A stretch of DNA of 64,000 nt from an uncultured Verrucomicrobiae bacterium (GTDB lineage Bacteria; Verrucomicrobiota; Verrucomicrobiia; Chthoniobacterales; JAFAMB01), in NCBI GenBank assembly GCA_963837955.1, contig CAWIPH010000002.1, forward strand, positions 1,632,001-1,696,000, in the 5' to 3' direction. The position numbers and the translations under genes were made by a program. The notes under the pieces are model-generated. The model worked only from the letters and a program-made list of their open reading frames with translations. It was not told the DNA's origin and did not search any database. Below are positions 61,234 to 64,000 of this stretch, in pieces; position 1 is the stretch's first letter, and the number at the start of each line of letters is the position of its first letter.

Positions 61234-62646
61234 ATGAATGAGAACATCTCAACCCCGGATGAGTATGACATGGTGGTGCTGGGCAGCGGCGAAGGAGCCA
61301 AATACGTTGCGTGGACGTTCGCTAAGCGGGGGATGCACGTAGCGGTTATCGAGCGAAAATATATCGGAGGTTCCTGTCCCAACATCGCCTGTCTTCCAAG
61401 CAAGAATATTATTCAGAGTGCCAAGGTGGCTTCGTATTTTCGCAGAAGCGAGGAATTCGGAATCACCAAAGACAATTTTAAGATCAACATGTCAGCGGTC
61501 CGTGATCGCAAACGGAAGATGGTTGACGGGCTGATCGAAATGCATCTCGATAATTTCAAGGCGAGCGGAGCGGAGTTGATCATGGGTGCTGGACGCTTCA
61601 TCGGACCCAAGGCGCTAGAGGTTACACTCCCCGATGGAGGAACACGCGTCATTCGTGGAAACAAAGTCGTCATCGGCACAGGGACCCGCGCGACGATAGA
61701 ACAGATACCTGGCCTTTCTGAATCGAAGCCTCTCACCCATATCGAAGCGCTCGAGCTAGATCACATTCCGGAGCATCTGCTAGTTCTGGGAGGAGGTTAC
61801 ATCGGCCTGGAATTAGCACAGGCGATGCGTCGCTTCGGCAGCCGGGTGACCATCATCGACCGAAATGAGCGTTTGGCGCATCGGGAAGATGAGGACGTTT
61901 CGGCGGGTCTTTGTGATCTTTGCCAAGATGAAGGAATTGAACTTGTGATGAGTGCCCGTGTCACGGGTGTTGAGGGAAAATCCGGTCACTCGGTAAAGCT
62001 TCGATTGATCCGAGGCGGATCGGAAACAATTCTGGAGGGCACACATCTTCTGGTCGCAATTGGCCGCACTCCCAACACCAAGGGTATTGGCTTAGAGTTG
62101 GCTGGAGTCGAATTGACGGACCGCGGCTACATCAAAGTCAATGAACGGCTCGAGACGACTGCGCCCGACGTCTGGGCGATAGGGGAATGCGCGGGTAGCC
62201 CGCAATTCACTCATATCGCTTTCGACGATTTCCGAGTTGTTCGGGACGATCTTGCTGGCGGCAATCGCGTGACTACCGGACGGCAAGTCCCTTTCTGCAT
62301 GTTCACGGACCCCGAATTAGCCCGAATCGGCCTTAGCGAAACGGAGGCGAAAAAACAGGGGATCGCCTATCGCCTAACCAAAATTCCGATGGTGGCGGTG
62401 TTGCGCGCCCGGACTCTTTCCGAGACGCGCGGGTTCATGAAAGCCCTGATCGACACAAAGAGCGACCGCATCCTTGGACTCACGGTATTTGGAGTGGAAG
62501 CCGGAGAAATAATGGCTTCCGTCCAAATCGCGATGCTCGCGGGACTTCCCTATACGGCATTACGCGACGCCATCCTGACTCACCCCACGTTGGCGGAGGG
62601 ACTCATCCCGCTATTTTCCTCCGTACCTCCGATGTCCAAATCGTGA
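61234..62646 (+). CDS. Class I pyridine nucleotide-disulfide oxidoreductase (RclA/MerA-like)
   Basis: GGSCPNIACLPSK, GGGYIGLE, FTDPELA, HPTLAE; no MerA C-terminal CC. Confidence 0.9.
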   Translation: MNENISTPDEYDMVVLGSGEGAKYVAWTFAKRGMHVAVIERKYIGGSCPNIACLPSKNIIQSAKVASYFRRSEEFGITKDNFKINMSAVRDRKRKMVDGLIEMHLDNFKASGAELIMGAGRFIGPKALEVTLPDGGTRVIRGNKVVIGTGTRATIEQIPGLSESKPLTHIEALELDHIPEHLLVLGGGYIGLELAQAMRRFGSRVTIIDRNERLAHREDEDVSAGLCDLCQDEGIELVMSARVTGVEGKSGHSVKLRLIRGGSETILEGTHLLVAIGRTPNTKGIGLELAGVELTDRGYIKVNERLETTAPDVWAIGECAGSPQFTHIAFDDFRVVRDDLAGGNRVTTGRQVPFCMFTDPELARIGLSETEAKKQGIAYRLTKIPMVAVLRARTLSETRGFMKALIDTKSDRILGLTVFGVEAGEIMASVQIAMLAGLPYTALRDAILTHPTLAEGLIPLFSSVPPMSKS

Positions 62647-62756
62647 GGATGACTCCGGGGTGTCGGCGTGATGTGTCATCGCGGAACGCGTGATTCAAGG
62701 TAGCCGCTAGGGCGCAGCCGGTAAGCGTTAACTCAAGGTTTGCGGAGTGTTTTCTA

Positions 62757-62830
62757 CCCCAACGGGGCAGGAGGACTCAGCCCGGGGTTTTAATCCCGGG
62801 AAACATCCAATCAAGCGACCCGCCCTCATG
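62757..62830. repeat. Partial REP-like element, same family as 19595-19655
   Basis: GAGGACTCAGCCCGGGG..CCCGGG. Confidence 0.55.
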
Positions 62831-62935
62831 AGGCATCACCGTGCGAGACCGTATGGGAACTGAGGACCAAACGGTGGCCTAAGGTTGACGCATGTGCGTA
62901 GCCGTTTGACTGGGATTAGAAGCAAAGAGGGTCCC

Positions 62936-63166
62936 GTCCCGGAAGGGACGCGGTGAAAGTAGCCCAGCACTTCAGTGCTGGGATAGCGTTAAAGAGGCGT
63001 CCGTCCCGCTATAAGGGGACGATCGAATTCAACCTCTGCGCTCGTGACGTCGGATTGAAAGCCATTACCTCAACGTTTCGATCGTCCCTTGCGGGACGGC
63101 ACCCGCTTTATACCGTCTACCCAGCAATAAATTGCTGGGCTACTTTCGCAGTGTCCCTGCCGGGAC
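62936..63166. repeat. Large palindromic REP/MITE-like element, same family as 13696-13981
   Basis: GTCCCGGAAGGGAC..GAAAGTAGCCCAGCA / TGCTGGGCTACTTTC..GTCCCTGCCGGGAC with inner CGTCCC..GGGACG hairpins. Confidence 0.85.
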
Positions 63167-63191
63167 AGAAGCCGGTATTAGCCGGATTTAC

Positions 63192-64000
63192 CTATTTTAT
63201 ATAGCCACCCTGGATCATCGCCCGCTCGGCCGAGGTCTGGCTATTCTTGAGAGCCTGGTCAACCGAAAACTTTCCCGCAAGCGCGCCTGCGATGTTCTGA
63301 CCGACAACGGTGCCGATCGATTGAAATTCAGGTATGCCTACAAACTGAACGCCGGTGTAAGGCACCTTCTTTATACACGGATTGGTCGGATCCGCAGTCT
63401 GCATCGCCTGTAGGGTGGTTGCGGCAAAAGGTGCGGACTTCTGGTATTCGGGGTTGTCGTAGGTTGATTTTCTGGTTCCCGGAGGAACTGAAGCCCAACC
63501 CGAATCTTCGGCCACAAGCGCAATGTACTCCTTGGAGGTGGCCCACACCGCAAATTTCTGGGCGGCTTCGGGCTGTTTTGCAGATTTGGGGATACCGAAT
63601 GCCCACGACCACAGCCAGTGAGACCCATTGGGTGTTGCTTCGATTGGCGCGGGAGCGTAACCCATTTTGCCGGCGACCTCAGATTGCTTCTTGTTTTCGA
63701 GTATGCCGCCCGCCACGGTCGCGTCGATCCACATCGCCGCCTTTCCGCTGGTTACGAGCGTCAAATTCTCGTTGAAGCCATTCGAGGTAGCGCCCGGAGG
63801 GCCATCTTTTTTCAGAAGATCGACGTAAAAAGTAACGGCCTTTTTCCATTCGGGAGTATCGATCGTCGGATGCCATTTTTCGTCGAACCAAGTCGCGCCG
63901 AAAGTATTTAGTAGCGTGTCGACGTACGCCATGTTTTCCCCCCAACCGGGCTGGCCACGAAGCGTGATTCCAAAAATACCTTTCGATTTGTCGGTCAGCG
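63192..64000 (-). CDS. Polyol/sugar ABC transporter substrate-binding protein (SmoE/MtlE-like), 5' end outside the window
   Basis: LRGQPGWGENMA, GFNEN, MWIDAT, WLWSW, PPGTRKSTY, PYTGVQFVGIPEFQ. Confidence 0.9.
   Translation of the reverse strand, partial: LTDKSKGIFGITLRGQPGWGENMAYVDTLLNTFGATWFDEKWHPTIDTPEWKKAVTFYVDLLKKDGPPGATSNGFNENLTLVTSGKAAMWIDATVAGGILENKKQSEVAGKMGYAPAPIEATPNGSHWLWSWAFGIPKSAKQPEAAQKFAVWATSKEYIALVAEDSGWASVPPGTRKSTYDNPEYQKSAPFAATTLQAMQTADPTNPCIKKVPYTGVQFVGIPEFQSIGTVVGQNIAGALAGKFSVDQALKNSQTSAERAMIQGGYIK

Noticed and set aside
61234..62646. Mercuric reductase merA
   Set aside because: No C-terminal Cys-Cys pair, no HMA domain and no mer genes nearby.
1..64000. tRNA, rRNA, IS transposase, integrase, prophage or defence system
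   Set aside because: No diagnostic motifs seen in the ORF track or by reading the sequence.

Overview
A 64-kb accessory region of a moderately GC-rich bacterium. The putative-porin and beta-barrel families and the intergenic palindrome families suggest Verrucomicrobiota (Chthoniobacterales-like); this is inference, not a database result. It carries about 50 genes: oxidoreductases, ugd and uxs, catalase plus aquaporin, several regulators (MocR, LysR, four TetR, OmpR, a frameshifted CGNR), an FtsH, three efflux/export loci with no TolC in the window, and a sugar/amine catabolic operon. I found no rRNA, tRNA, CRISPR-cas or transposase. The most unusual signals are structural or non-coding: (1) a 5 x 224-bp tandem array of long hairpins with A-B-A-B-A periodicity; (2) head-to-head heptamer arrays that put a coupled ATG out of frame with a porin gene, a candidate phase-variation switch; (3) a reciprocally decayed duplication linking a MocR regulator to aquaporin and catalase; (4) directly readable operators for TetR, CGNR and OxyR-like regulators; (5) several short, diverged duplications bracketing gene blocks; (6) several REP/MITE-like palindrome families, one nested inside another.
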